DNA of 62,898 nt, counting the filler. It is 13 parts of 13 records of this genome, joined end to end, with 100 filler letters (N's around TTAATTAATTAA, not from the genome) between each part and the next. Parts side by side here need not be neighbours in the genome. Positions count along the whole stretch, not along the records: positions 58,678 to 62,898 come from SRR7504441_4645; 12 more parts are not named here. One strand, given 5' to 3'. The notes beneath the pieces were generated by a model that was not told the origin of the DNA, made no database searches, and saw nothing but the letters and a program-made list of their open reading frames with translations. This document shows positions 62,234 to 62,898 of the stretch, in pieces; within the stretch, counting starts at the first letter, position 1; each line of letters begins with the position of its first letter. Made by a program: the position numbers and the translations under genes.

Positions 62234-62898
62234 TCAAGATCGATTGATTAGCTTAAGATGGGCTGGCTGCTCAGGCTGCTCTCGCATCTTGCGGATGGCA
62301 TCGACTGTCGGGGAGCCAGCACGTCGGGCCGACCGGAGCGCTCCCCTGTCTGGCGCGGCCGGCTGCTGGGGCAGTAGCGCGGCGCACTTGCTGAGCAGCT
62401 GCGGGCTCGACGGCCAGTCGCCCGGGCTCACTGGCTGGGCCCCGAACGGCGGGGACCGGACCACTGGCCACTCTGTCCGGGCGCCGTCCGGCAGCTCAGG
62501 GAGCAATCCGTTCACTAGGGCGGCCATCAGCCAGACGGCCGGATCCCGCTCCACTGGCGGCTCGGCCAGCCTCCAGCTCGACCCGGCCACTACGCTCTCG
62601 ACCCAGGACGGGCCGCCCGGCCGGAGACTCATCCGCTCCAGCCCGGCCGCCCCCAGCTCGAGCCAGACGGTGAGGCAGCCCTCGCTGGCCTGGGCCGGCA
62701 CCTCGGACTGCCGGGCGCGCATCGAGAGCGCCACTGTACGGGCGTACCGCTCGACCCCCACCCGGTCTATGCAGGCCCGCAACCGGCCCACCTCGCCGGC
62801 CTCGCCGCCCAGCTCGGCAAGCACCGCCCCGAGCAGCCCAGCCCACTCTCGCTCCACCGACTCCAGCTCGCTAGCCCTCCCTGCCAGGTGCGCTAGCC
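62234..62898 (-). CDS. 3' fragment of a hypothetical protein
   Basis: ORF of at least 207 aa near the window end; no recognisable motif. Confidence 0.5.
   Translation of the reverse strand, partial: LAHLAGRASELESVEREWAGLLGAVLAELGGEAGEVGRLRACIDRVGVERYARTVALSMRARQSEVPAQASEGCLTVWLELGAAGLERMSLRPGGPSWVESVVAGSSWRLAEPPVERDPAVWLMAALVNGLLPELPDGARTEWPVVRSPPFGAQPVSPGDWPSSPQLLSKCAALLPQQPAAPDRGALRSARRAGSPTVDAIRKMREQPEQPAHLKLINRS

Overview
This is not one locus. It is 13 short eukaryotic contigs joined by artificial 100-nt N/TTAATTAATTAA linkers. The source is a GC-rich, gene-dense protist that is probably flagellated (DNAAF5-like and STPG-like genes) and has mitochondria. The species cannot be identified from sequence alone. 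Genes are broken by very short introns (about 35-55 nt) with GT-AG and frequent GC-AG ends, so the ORF track shows only exon fragments; I spliced several genes by hand. The main candidate for a new system is a ~20-intron gene (36259-38681) that fuses a nuclear cap-binding CBP20-like RRM to a poxvirus VP39-type cap 2'-O-methyltransferase. Other notable items: duplicated 16-nt micro-exons that cannot both be included in frame (W/C switch), an RCC1-repeat/NCS2-permease fusion, a Chorein_N-like EF-hand protein with a multipass C-terminus, a CHUP1-like protein, an FG-repeat/Rae1-like fusion and a GBP-like GTPase with a CaaX box. Several abrupt junctions may be assembly chimeras. No rRNA, tRNA, CRISPR array or clear transposon was seen. 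All family calls are motif recognition by eye, not database results.
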